From positions 82,708,001-82,772,000 of the forward strand of contig OX597823.1 in NCBI GenBank assembly GCA_951406725.2: a stretch of DNA of 64,000 nucleotides. The letters are read 5' to 3'. Source of the stretch: Octopus vulgaris. Taxonomy: Eukaryota. Positions 27,623 through 39,755 of the stretch are shown here, piece by piece. Each line of letters begins with the position of its first letter. The stretch's first letter is position 1. The notes under the pieces are model-generated. The model saw only the letters and a list, made by a program, of their open reading frames with translations. It was not told the origin of the DNA and ran no database searches. Made by a program: the position numbers and the translations under genes.

Positions 27623-27904
27623 CAACAATTGAGGGTAAAATTAATTAATTAATCAATTTCACCAAGTATTCAGTATACAAAGGGGCCATTTAAGGCGAAT
27701 TCAAATTATTACATTATATAAAAGGGCTTAGTAAAATAAATTACTTTGCCGCATACTGAACTCATTAGAAATAGCAGCTAAAAAAAACTTTTTCAAAAAC
27801 TATTTCCAATACTTAAAGAAAACCTCTCTCATATAGTGTTTGCTCAATTCAACCCACAAAAGTATGGGGGTAGAGATATTAAAAAATCAAATGCAAAGGT
27901 TATT

Positions 27905-27957
27905 TGAGAACGTACGTTTCAAGATTAGTCAAAATCGACACTTCTATCATCAGCTCA
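27905..27957 (-). ncRNA. Type I hammerhead ribozyme (560-bp unit, copy 1)
   Basis: Minus strand TGAG-CTGATGA-TAGAAGTGTCGATTTTGACTAATCTT-GAAA-CGTACGTT-CTCA. Confidence 0.75.
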
Positions 27958-28464
27958 GAACTCCCTGGTTTGGATTTGAAAACACTGAAAGTGGGAGCAT
28001 ACCTTTTCGGCTTGTTATCACTTCTGAAGATCTGCTCAAAACTAACAGTGCTAGCAAATTCAAATATGCAAGCGAAGAATTTCTGCTCTCCTCTTTCCAC
28101 CAGCGTGGGTTAAAATCAGCAAACACTATGCTTTTTTCGGTAAAATCCGAGGCATTATATAGAGAGAGATGAATTATAATTTCAACAATTGAGGGTAAAA
28201 TTAATTAATTAATCAATTTCACCAAGTATTCAGTATACAAAGGGGCCATTTAAGGCGAATTCAAATTATTACATTATATAAAAGGGCTTAGTAAAGTAAA
28301 TTACTTTGCCGCATACTGAACTCATTAGAAATAGCAGCTAAAAAAAACTTTTTCAAAAACTATTTCCAATACTTAAAGAAAACCTCTCTCATATAGTGTT
28401 TGCTCAATTCAACCCACAAAAGTATGGGGGTAGAGACATTAAAAAATCAAATGCAAAGGTTATT

Positions 28465-28517
28465 TGAGAACGTACGTTTCAAGATTAGTCAAAATCGACA
28501 CTTCTATCATCAGCTCA
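28465..28517 (-). ncRNA. Type I hammerhead ribozyme (560-bp unit, copy 2)
   Basis: Identical motif exactly 560 bp from copy 1. Confidence 0.75.
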
Positions 28518-28808
28518 GAACTCCCTGGTTTGGATTTGAAAACACTGAATTGATTAATTAATTAATTTTACCCTCAATTGTTGAAATTATAATTCATCTC
28601 TCTCTATATAATGCCTCGGATTTTACCGAAAAAAGCATAGTGTTTGCTGATTTTAACCCACGCTGGTGGAAAGGGGAGAGCAGAAATTCTTCGCTTGCAT
28701 ATTTGAATTTGCTAGCACTGTTAGTTTTGAGCAGATCTTCAGAAGTGATAACAAGCCGAAAAGGTATGCTCCCACTTTCAGTGTTTTCAAATCCAAACCA
28801 GGGAGTTC

Positions 28809-28861
28809 TGAGCTGATGATAGAAGTGTCGATTTTGACTAATCTTGAAACGTACGTTCTCA
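28809..28861 (+). ncRNA. Type I hammerhead ribozyme (560-bp unit, inverted copy)
   Basis: TGAG-CTGATGA...GAAA-CGTACGTT-CTCA. Stem I TGAG/CTCA, palindromic ACGTACGT, GUU site. Confidence 0.75.
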
Positions 28862-29045
28862 AATAACCTTTGCATTTGATTTTTTAATGTCTCTACCCCC
28901 ATACTTTTGTGGGTTGAATTGAGCAAACACTATATGAGAGAGGTTTTCTTTAAGTATTGGAAATAGTTTTTGAAAAAGTTTTTTTTAGCTGCTATTTCTA
29001 ATGAGTTCAGTATGCGGCAAAGTAATTTATTTTACTAAGCCCTTT

Positions 29046-29076
<31 letters not shown>

Positions 29077-29360
29077 GGAAACTGGTCAACTACGAATGGC
29101 CAAACAATACTTTATAAGAATTCTAAATCCAAAACTAAACCTAAGGATGTTAAATGATTGCATAAATATATTCCTCTCTCATATTTCCGAGTTTTATAAT
29201 TTCATGTTTACGTTTTATATACTCTTCATGAAGTAATATCATTGATTCTGGATTCCAGTCGGATGGACACGTCTCTGTAATGGATTTCTATGAGCGGAGC
29301 TTTCTGCGATAGCCACATGATTCTCTTAATCCATGTCTTATGCTACCTCATACCACAAAC
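29077..29360 (+). mobile_element. 3-prime fragment of a Penelope-like element
   Basis: Reads ETGQLRMAKQYFIRILNPKLN, resembling the GIY-YIG C-terminus of PLE ORFs; TA-flanked. Confidence 0.5.
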
Positions 29361-29432
<72 letters not shown>

Positions 29433-30060
29433 TATAATGTATGTATGTATATATGTATGTAATGTCTAAGTGGATTATAAAATGTGAATAAAACACCGGA
29501 ATATACTACTGAAATCTATATGGAATATATATAACTTAAGTTACGTTGATGGACAACTAAAATGTTTGTCATTACACACTAAACATATAGCAGTTTGGCC
29601 AGTACTTTCTACATTCAAACGGGTAATCATACATACATATATACATACATACATACATACATACATACATACATACATACATACATACATACATACACAC
29701 ATGCAGTCAAACAAAAATATCTTCTTGTTGATGTTGATTTCCAATAAAGGAGCCTTGGATCCAGTTTAGAAACCGACTCTTTCTCTATTGGCAAGAAATC
29801 TCGAAATAAACTGAATAATGACATACATACATACATATAAATATACCCTCTTGATGTTGTTGAAATTCCAATGAAGGAGCCTAGGATCTAGGTTAGAAAC
29901 CGGCTGCTGTATTAGCAAGAGATTCTGAAATAAAACTGAATAATGACATACATATATACTTTCATATATGTATACATTTTAAAAATTATTCTTTTTATTT
30001 TGCAAAATGACTTGATACAATCAGAATATGTAAAGAATGATTTTCTCAAGAGTTATTAAA

Positions 30061-30443
30061 TCTCTCTCTATATAAACGGCAGTTTGTCTGCCTGCGTGTC
30101 TGTGTGTCTGTTAGGTTGTACCCTCACCCTGACCACGGCTTTCAACCGATTCTGATGAAACTTAACACACACATAGCCCAATGTCATAATTCAAAACTAA
30201 CGCAGCGAAAATTTTGAAAAGTTTCCCCAGTTCTGAAAAAAATCGATAAATTCGACATGGGGTCGAGAATCAGAAACACAAACCACAGACTGTCTAGGGG
30301 ACGCAACTCGACCTTTTTAACTCTCAAAAAAATTTACCATAATTTTTTTTCCATTTTTTTGCTATTTTTTGGCTATAACTCTCTAAAAATGCTTTATAGT
30401 TATTTCCCTTACAAACCCGAGCAACGCCGGGCGATACTGCTAG
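30061..30443 (+). mobile_element. Non-autonomous Helitron
   Basis: A|TCTCTCTCTATATAAA start, GTCTG-type repeats, CCCGAGCAACGCCGGG hairpin, CTAG|T end. Confidence 0.85.
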
Positions 30444-31079
30444 TATATTAAAAACTCCAAAGAAAATTTAATGACACGAGCCATTTGGAATGAAATCTTT
30501 TGTGTGTAGGTGCTTTTGTTGTTCAGTTTTGCAAATACAAGTTTTATAGTATAATCCGTAAAGAGGAAATTGTTTTGATAATGCTGCTATTTCCGGTTTA
30601 CTTTCGAATTGTCTTTTGACTATCGTCTTATACTTTTCAAAGTAAAATAAGGGTAAGCTTTGAATTTTACAGATGTATGGATATTCGCGGATTGAGACAT
30701 TTCGAAGCGAAGAATCTTTATTTTGTCTGTTAGATTTAATTCTCATTGCACTTTGGGAATGAGATACAGTACATGAGATTCCTTTGCTTTGAATGTCATG
30801 TAGCCTTGCAATGACCTTCAAATCCTCAACATTCTTGACTTGACTATATGTGTGGGTATATGTGCTTTTTTATGTATGTAGTCGGAATGTTCTTTATGTA
30901 GCCTGTCTCGTTTCTTTATTTGTTTCTTTCCTTGTTCCAAAAAAATGTCGTTTTCTACGTTTTTGTTTTTATGTTCTCGTTTTTCATTTTGTTGACGTTT
31001 TTTTCATATACCTGCACCCATATGTGCATGTATATATACATATATGTGTAGGTATGTACATAAAAGTATGTATATATGC

Positions 31080-31113
<34 letters not shown>

Positions 31114-31114
31114 G

Positions 31115-31148
<34 letters not shown>

Positions 31149-31314
31149 GAGAGAGAGATACGCGTTAATACATAAATACTAGTACTATATGTACATATTA
31201 AAGACCAGGCACGCATATGTTTATATGTTTGTGGGTGTTTTAGTGCATATAATATATGTGTGTGTTTGTGTGTGTGTGTGTATGTGTACGTGTGTGTATG
31301 TATCTAAATGCATA

Positions 31315-31349
<35 letters not shown>

Positions 31350-31373
31350 TTATAAATATATAAATATATATAC

Positions 31374-31440
<67 letters not shown>

Positions 31441-31659
31441 GTATATATATATATTATTGAAGTAGATAAATGAATTATCTTATTACAGATAATTCAAATG
31501 ATAACCGATACCTGGGTAGCAAAACTCACAACAGAAAAAGCACGGTTGAAGTTACGACCATGGGGCATAAAATCCGTGCCTTAGTGCGGAAATTTGAAGT
31601 TTTATATATTAAGTGTAGGAAGAAATGGAGCTGAACGAAGATTTAACAAAATTCCTTTA

Positions 31660-31743
31660 TTTTCTACATATGTTTCGAAGGCTGCAAAGTCCCTAATTCG
31701 GATTGAATAAGGAGTCCATTTTGCAGCCTTCTCTTCAGGAAAA
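31660..31743 (-). ncRNA. Type I hammerhead ribozyme, 12-bp stem II
   Basis: Minus strand TTTTC-CTGAAGA-GAAGGCTGCAAA...TTTGCAGCCTTC-GAAA-CATATGTA-GAAAA. Confidence 0.85.
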
Positions 31744-31820
31744 TCCAGGAACTTAATTCTCCAACAAAATGCACAGCAACCTTTTCGACAAACGCTCACG
31801 AGAAAAATTTCTTCCTACAC

Positions 31821-31862
<42 letters not shown>

Positions 31863-31871
<9 letters not shown>

Positions 31872-31967
31872 ATATGTTACAATTACTCAATAGTCTAGAT
31901 AAAACTCTGAGTTTCAGATGCCGAAGTGGAAATTGACTATTGAGTAATTGTAACATATTATTTTATA
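31863..31967. repeat. Perfect 33-bp inverted repeat with 39-nt loop
   Basis: TATAAAATAATATGTTACAATTACTCAATAGTC (31863-31895) and its reverse complement (31935-31967). Confidence 0.9.
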
Positions 31968-32029
31968 GATAAATTTCCTCTACATAGTATTGAGGTCTCT
32001 TTCTTTCTTTTGTTATCTTACCGTTTTTA

Positions 32030-32073
<44 letters not shown>

Positions 32074-32484
32074 AATATGTGTGTGTATGACTTGTATAGT
32101 TGAATCACGTGAACAAGCTGTATTAGGAGGAATATTCAAAGAAGCGTAGGAATACATTGGTAAGTAACTGTAGTACTTAGTTCCATCTATTTAGTTCCTG
32201 ATTTTCAACGCTAGTATATTTGACTTTTGCCTTTCGTTTGGTTTTAGAGCGATAAATCAAACACAATCAACTACACAACACATACAAGCATATGCAAACA
32301 TACAAAACGCAAGCAAACACATTCTCTCTCACACCGACTCACATACACAGACACACGCATAGACGCGCGCGCGCGAACTCATTCATTTCAGTTTAATAGA
32401 CATATATTTCGATGTGCAAAACTTTGCGTCGAGTTACTCTCTTACGTTCCTTTCTGTCCATACAGAAAAATTTGCATTCAAATG

Positions 32485-32606
<122 letters not shown>

Positions 32607-32763
32607 GTTTGTGTGTGTATGTATATGTTCGTGCGTGTGCACAATTTATTATGCATAATAATATAATATATATATATATATATAAATTGTGTAAATGTGT
32701 TATTCCTATTTATTTGAATTGTCTTGTGTGTGTGTATGTATATATATACACACAAATATAATA

Positions 32764-32839
<76 letters not shown>

Positions 32840-33235
32840 CATACATATGCTCATACAAACATGCATACACTGGCATACACATAATAAATATTCTCTAGAT
32901 TGTTATGTGCAAATGTAGAGGCTTATCTCGAAGCTATATTTCTCAATATTCTACAACTTGGCTCCTTCGCTTTGTATATTTGTAGTCGCAGGAAAAACTA
33001 ATAGGTATTGATGTAGTTCAGAAGGAAATTCAATTTAATAAAACTCAAACGATATATGGCCTTCATTCTTGATAACAAAATCATATTGCCACAGGTATTT
33101 AATCTATCCACATACAGTGACGTTTCCTAATGATGTATACTGTTTGTTTAGATTGCTTTTCTAGATACAATGAAAATCTTATTTGAGCTAAATATATGTA
33201 AAATCATTGTTATGCCATTATTATTGCATCTGTAA

Positions 33236-34240
33236 AGGCATCGAGCTGGCAGAATGGTTACAATGCCGACCAAAATGGTTACGGGTATTAATCTGACTTT
33301 ACGTTCTGAGTTGAAATTCCGCCGAGGTCGGCTTTGCCTTCATCCTTTCAGGGACGATAAAATATGTACCAGCTGAGCACTGGGGTTAATTGAATCGACT
33401 TTTCCACACCCTCGAAATTGCTGACCTTGTGCCAAATGTTGGAACGAATATTTCACATATATCAAGGCAGCGATATAACAAAATCGTTTAATGCCAAGCA
33501 AAATGTTTAGCGGCATTTCGTCCGTCTTTTACATTTTGCGTTAAGAATTCCGCCGAGGTTGACTTTGCCTTTCATCCTTTCGGGGATCTATAAGATAAGT
33601 ACTAGCTTTGCACTGGAATCGATGTAAACGACTAGCACCGTTCCTCCAAATTACTGGACATGTGCAAAATGTTTAAGAAAAGGCAGCTAGTGGATGAATT
33701 GTTAGCATGTTCGTCATAAGGTTCTGAGTTCAAATTCCGTTGAGGTTGACTTTGCTTTTCATCCTTTCAGGGTTGATAATATATGTACCAGTTAAGCACT
33801 GTGGTTGATGTAATAGTCTATCCCCTTCCCGCAAATTTTCAGTCCTTGTGGTCGGTAAACTAAAATAATAATCCAGTGGAAGTAAATATCTTGACTACCC
33901 CCTTTCTTCACCGAATTTCTGGCCTTATGGCTATGTCAGTAATAATTATTGTAATGTTGCACGTGTTTTTCACATTGAGCATATCAAGTGACATAAACAT
34001 AAATAAGTAATAATTACACAAATGTATATTTAAAGACAACGAGCTGGAAGAATTGTTTACCGGCTGGACCAAATGTTTTGCAGCATTTCTTCCCGTTTTA
34101 CGTTCTGAGTTCAAATGATGCCGAGATCGACCTTGTGTTTCATCTATTCAGGGTCGATAAAATAAGTACCTGTTTAGCGCTGGGGTTGGTGTAATCGACA
34201 ACCCCACCCCTATTTCAGGTCTTGGTCTACAGGAGAAAAA
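33236..34240 (+). mobile_element. Cluster of four same-orientation older Nin/Deu SINEs
   Basis: Repeated GAGTTCAAATTCCGCCGAGGT.GACTTTGCCTTTCATCCTTTC motif near 33308, 33540, 33727 and 34108. Confidence 0.8.
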
Positions 34241-34292
34241 GTTAATATATATATATATATATTTGGATTAACTATATATATATATATATATA

Positions 34293-34749
34293 TTGGGTTG
34301 TCCGGAAAGTTCGTACCGATTTTTAAAGGAAATCTCCATATTTCCTTTAACTTGAAAATACCCTCTTCCCAGAATTGAGGTGGTTTCATGGCAAAGAATT
34401 CATCAAGGTATCTTTTTACGTCCTCCAAGACCTGAATATGTTGAAATCCGAAGGAGCAATATCTGGTGAATATGGAAGGTGGGGTAACACATCCAAGCCA
34501 AGCTGCAGCAATTTTTGTCTGGTTTCCAAAGCATCAAGTGCCGAAAATGAACTTTCTTATCTTCCATTTTAAATGGTTACAGAATTAACACAGGTCATAG
34601 GAACATAAACCTTCTTCCACGAAAAGATAGCTTAAACTGTGTTCTAAATGGAGGTGTAGTCAAATCCTATTTTCTGGACTCAACCATTTTCTAAAATAAG
34701 TCTAAAGGTAAGCTACTATAAATCGGCACGAACTTTCCGGACAACCCAA
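34293..34749 (-). mobile_element. Mariner-derived MITE (internal deletion derivative)
   Basis: TIR TTGGGTTGTCCGGAAAGTTCGT.CCGATTT at both ends; retains HLPYSPDIAPSDF and EEGIFKL transposase remnants. Confidence 0.9.
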
Positions 34750-35413
34750 TCTATATGAACGATTCAAAACGTACCTATCGCATGTGATTTCCGTTTACAA
34801 TTAACAGCAATTTTTGAATAGAGATAACGTTGTCTTCTCACAAGGAAACAAACATTCATGGCTTGAATTTGAATAACAACAGTGATGCTGGTTGCAACTC
34901 AGAAACCAAGCTCCTTATCACACACCCACGTAGCTAAGTGCACCAATAACTTATAAAGCTAATGTGAATACGAAATTGTTAGACAATTGTTTTTATAAAT
35001 GTATGTAGTTATCTATGGATGTATCTCCGAATATATGAAAGAGTATTTATTAAAATGTTGCTCGTTAGTTAATTGCTTTCAGCTAAGTACTTAACACATT
35101 ATTGTTGCTTCAATATTTTAATCTTTTGTTCTGTTATGTGACGTAGTATTTCTAATATCTACGTCTGTTTATTTCTCCATTGTTCATTTATTCTGATATT
35201 GTTCGATGTCAGATGTAAAAACGTACATATACTTTCCAGATGTCCACATACCATTTTTCTTTCCTGACATTAAAAGCTGACACATTTTTCTTGTCTTTCA
35301 ATTCGTGCTTGCATATGTCTCTGGGTGTATAGTACATACATATATATATATGCATGCATATCTTTATTCATAACATATATATATGTATGTGTATGTATAT
35401 ATATATATGTATG

Positions 35414-35464
<51 letters not shown>

Positions 35465-35499
35465 GTAGATATGTAAATGTATATATATAAATAAAGTAA

Positions 35500-35731
35500 A
35501 TGCGTCCTTTTAAAGCCTGGACAGGCTCATGCGCCCTGCTTCCCGGTTTCAATGGCGTATGTGTTCCCCAGCTGGACGGGACGTCACTCCGTTTTGCCAG
35601 CTGAGTGGACTGAAGCAACGGGAATGAAGTGTTTTGCTCAAGAACAGAACGCGTCGCCCGGTCCAGGAATCGAAACCACAATCTTACGATCATCATGATG
35701 CTGACACACTAACCACTAAGCCACGCGCCTT

Positions 35732-35733
<2 letters not shown>
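35500..35733 (-). mobile_element. tRNA-derived CORE-like SINE
   Basis: Head GGCGCGTGGCTTAGTGGTTAG, B-box GGTTTCGATTCC, CTTGAGCAAAACACTT; sister copies at 59105-59330 (+) and 23060-23230 (-). Confidence 0.8.
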
Positions 35734-35802
<69 letters not shown>

Positions 35803-35852
35803 ATGTATAAATAAATAAATAATATATATGTATGTATATGTATAAATAAATA

Positions 35853-35894
<42 letters not shown>

Positions 35895-35920
35895 AATAAT
35901 ATATATATATATATACGTTA

Positions 35921-36036
35921 TAATTGAGAACAAGCAGTAAGTTGTCAGTACTCAGTTTCGAATGTCGGAGCGAAGAGGTATGACGCATTCGAAACACCGA
36001 GTACTATTATGACAAATTACTGTTTGTTCTGAATTA
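35921..36036. repeat. 116-nt imperfect fold-back
   Basis: TAATT.AGAACAA.CAGTAA.TTGTCA-GTACTC-GTTTCGAATG pairs with CATTCGAAAC-GAGTAC-TGACAA.TTACTG.TTGTTCT.AATTA. Confidence 0.8.
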
Positions 36037-36099
36037 AAGCATGTATAAATAATCCTCTGTTTATCTAATATCGAGGTCTCATTCTTTTGTTGATACTTT

Positions 36100-36170
<71 letters not shown>

Positions 36171-36284
36171 ATATATACACACACATATATATACATATAT
36201 ACATACACATATATTTATGTATACATACATATATGTTTATGTATATATATATATATGCATATATATAAATATAGATATATAGAT

Positions 36285-36337
<53 letters not shown>

Positions 36338-36585
36338 CATGACAAAGCAGGTATTCGTTTAACCCCGGGTAGTGACACCCACTATAGAGAACTAAGTGTA
36401 ACATCTCGGCGTTCAAAATCACGTGACATGGGTATAACTGGAAATTCATGTGCGTCTTTCCCCTGTAATGATAGGTTGATTTTTTTCTTTCTCTTCCATT
36501 TCGTCGGTTTCTTAGGTTTTCAGAGATATTATGGCTTATTTGTGTATTTTTCTAGTAACGCTGATATTATCAGGTACCCTTAATT

Positions 36586-36638
<53 letters not shown>

Positions 36639-36639
<1 letters not shown>

Positions 36640-37933
36640 GAGGGGTGTTCAATAAGTAATGCCCCTGACCCACTTCCCATAGCAGTAGAGCAACGACACT
36701 TGGCACAGTTATTAGTCTTTTTCTACATAGGAACCACCCAGAGTTACGCATTTCTCCCATCGTTTGATGCAGCTCTGGAGACGCATTTCTCCCATCGTTT
36801 GATGCAGCTTGGTCCTCCAACCACGACGTGGCTTCAGAATCAAGGCTGTATCATCTGGAAAACGCTTTCCTTTCAAAAACAACCTCATGGCTGGGAAGAG
36901 GTGAAAATCAGAGAGTACAAGGTCAGGAGAGTTGGGGGATGGGGGAGGAATTCATAGCCGCACGCCTGTGCTTCTGATCTGGCAACACGCGAGTTGTGGA
37001 CCGGAGTGTTGTCCTGCAGGAGGAGGATGCCTTTTCTGATCTTGCCCCGCCTCTTGATTTTGATAGCTTCTCTTAATTTCCTCAAAAGTGAAGCATAATA
37101 GGCTCCTGTAATTGTGGTACCCTTTGCCAGGAAACCTGTCATCACTATTCCGTCCTGGTCCCAGAAGACTGTGAGCATTACCTTACCAGCGGAGGGCTGC
37201 ACCCTTGCCTTCTTTGGAGGAGGTGAGTCACGGTGTTTCCACTGCATTGACTGGGCTTTGGTCTCTAGATCATAGTGATGAACCCAGGTTTCATCCTGTG
37301 TAATCAGTTTTTTGAAAACATTTGACTCATCTTCTTGGCACATCTCCAAATTCATCCTCGAGCACTCAACGCGTTCTTGCTTCTGGAAAGGTGTGAGCAA
37401 CCTGGAAATCCATCTGGCAGACACCTTTTGCATATGCAAATGGTCATGAATGATAGTTTCCACAGACCCGGTACTAAACTTGACCTCATAGGCTATTTGG
37501 CGAATAGTTATGCGTCGATCTTCCAAAATGGCAGCCTCAACTTGACGGACAGATGCCTCATCAATGGCAGAAAAGGGGCGACCAGATCTGGGAGCTGTTT
37601 CCACAGAGTTCCGATCATGTTTGAATTCACGATGCCGGCGTTTTACAAGGTGATATGATGGGGTATCATTACCATAAGTTACTTTCATTTCATCAAAAGT
37701 CTCCCATGGTGTGCGTCCTTTCAAATACAAAAACCGGATCACTGCTCGACACTCAACATGCTCCATTTCACACTTGACTCAGTTCAAACACCTGTAAATC
37801 AGAAACCACAATTAGTTCAGAGCTGTAATTTGCCACTTAATCTATAGAGATAGAAATAATTTCACATGCAAAATTTCAGCTAGATCAAACGACTGCAAAT
37901 GGGTCAGGGGCATTACTTATTGATCGTCCCTCG
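36639..37933 (-). mobile_element. Full-length mariner (Tc1/mariner) transposon
   Basis: About 33-bp TIRs CGAGGG....TCAATAAGTAATGCCCCTGACCC, TA at both ends, 1295 bp. Confidence 0.95.
36740..37766 (-). pseudogene. Mariner transposase, frameshifted before YSPDL
   Basis: RSGRP, SARWISRLL, ITQDETWVHHY, LLQDNTPVH; frame lost at HPP; 35-bp tandem duplication at about 36746-36810. Confidence 0.9.
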
Positions 37934-38204
37934 TATGTATATATATGCATGTATGTATGTGTGTATGTATTACGTACACACACGCACACATATAGATGAC
38001 AGACAGATATTCTCCATATAGAATACACTTCGTAGTGCTCAAGAGGTTTAAACTAAACAGGTCGAAGAGTAAATATAAGGATAAGCAAATTAGGTAAGTC
38101 AATATACAAAAATATGAAATAAAAATGTACCTATGTTTATGCATAAGAAGGTCTGACTTACACAGAATAGAAATGATATCAGGAATTAAATGGGTTTTGC
38201 GAGC

Positions 38205-38294
38205 GCAACAGCTGTTTCTGGGGGCTTGGTGGTCCAAAATAATGATTGTAAATTGATTCCATCATTGGATAATATCACCCTCCGTCTTCAGGGA
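38205..38294 (-). ncRNA. Hammerhead motif in a single-arm copy (about 38065-38310) of the 48658 family
   Basis: Minus strand CTGAAGA-CGGAGGG...CCCCCA-GAAA-CAGCTGTT; palindromic ACAGCTGT; stem I eroded. Confidence 0.5.
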
Positions 38295-39148
38295 AAAATT
38301 TTATATTTGAGGTATTGGCCGAAATGAGATTAAAGATGGAATCTGTAACAATCATGATCATCATCATGATCATCATCGTCCTCATCATAATTCACCCCCA
38401 CAAGAACCTAAATCGGGGTTATGCTAAGATAAATCGTTTCAAAATATTTGGACGTGGGCTTGACACGTTATCAATTCAAGCAATAGCAAACCATGTGAGC
38501 CTATTTAAAAAAAAAAGAAATAATTATCAATGCATTGGCGTATGTTCATTAACACATTTAAACGAGTTTGTATTTTTGTATTGTTTTTCAATCTCCATTA
38601 AATGTGCCAAATTTACGAGGGATCAGCCAAATACAATTTGAAACTTGGCAAAAATTAAGTAGTACGAAGCTATTTATATCATAACTTCCAAACAACAGAT
38701 ATGGGTTACAAACAAGTAATAAAGCTGTTGTCATTTAAAGTGCATTACTTATTTAAAGAGCATTATTATTATATAGTAAATCTTACGATACGTGATTCTT
38801 AATGCTAGTTGTGTTTTTCTCCCATAATTATCGACTAAGTTTATTCTTTAAATACATCGATGGAAACCACCTGTAAAATATGCTAAAATAAGTAATTCTA
38901 TAATATTTAATCAATTAATTTGGCAGTATAATGGCAGATCTTGTAGCGTGGTCTCCAAAATCATCACGCGCATAATATATATGCACATCTTGCTTTCGTC
39001 CTGGCTGTAAGGATAAAATAATTAAATAATGAAAGATCATAAGTAAACTTTACCCTTCAGTGCTGCACAAAACTTCCAGGTCTTTTGACTATAGGAGACA
39101 GTATCATTACTGTTATAATAATACAGTATATTGTAATATGATGCGATA

Positions 39149-39755
39149 AGGCGGCGAGCTGGCAGAAATGTTAGCACGCCGGGAGAAATGCTTAGCGGTA
39201 TTTCGTCTGCCGTTACGTTGTTAGTTCAAATTCCGACGAGGTCTACTTTGCCTTTCATCCTTTCGGGGTCGATAAATTATGTACCAGTTACGCATGGGGG
39301 TCTGTCCTTGTTTGTCTCCTCTATGATTAGCCCCTTGTGGGCAATAAAGAAAAAAGCATCGTTACCGCGCCGGCAAAATATCTAGTGGCATTATATTTTG
39401 AGTTTAAATTCCCTGGAGATCAACTTTGCCTCTCATCTTTTTGGGGTCGATAAAATTAAAATAAGTACCACTTGGGTTGATATTCCTCCTGCCCTGAAAT
39501 TGCTGGTCTTGAGCCAAAATTTGAAACTGATAGTATTCAATAAGACGGCAAGCTGGCAGAATCTTTCCCGGAGTTGACAAAATATTTAGCTGCATTTCGT
39601 CTATCTTCATGTCCTGACTTCAAGTTCCGCCGAGGTTGACTTTGCCTCTCATCTTTTCGGGGTCAAAAAAAATAAGTACCAGTTGAGCACTGGGATCGAT
39701 GTAATCGCAAATCCCCCTCCTTTAAACACGGTGGCCTTGTGCGACAATTCGAAAT
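39149..39755 (+). mobile_element. Three consecutive Nin/Deu SINEs
   Basis: Heads at about 39149, 39355 and 39545, each followed by a TCATC.TTT.GGGGTC.A.AAA domain. Confidence 0.75.

Larger units (their letters stand above)
27621..29053. mobile_element. 560-bp hammerhead-bearing unit: 1.66 tandem copies plus an inverted copy (retrozyme-like)
   Basis: TTCAACAATTGAGGG at 27621 and 28181; 28549-29053 is the reverse complement of about 27711-28216; (TA)n on both sides. Confidence 0.85.

Noticed and set aside
27840-28926. Duplicated 110-aa, 69-aa and 66-aa ORFs
   Set aside because: Identity follows from the recent DNA duplication; no recognisable domain, and ORFs overlap on both strands.
35660-35733. 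tRNA-like sequences with A and B boxes (also 49618, 59105, 60290)
   Set aside because: They continue into SINE bodies and lack a complete cloverleaf; SINE heads, not tRNA genes.
36885-37766. Mariner ORF as an active or domesticated transposase
   Set aside because: Frameshift removes the third catalytic Asp region, and there is an internal duplication near the C-terminus.
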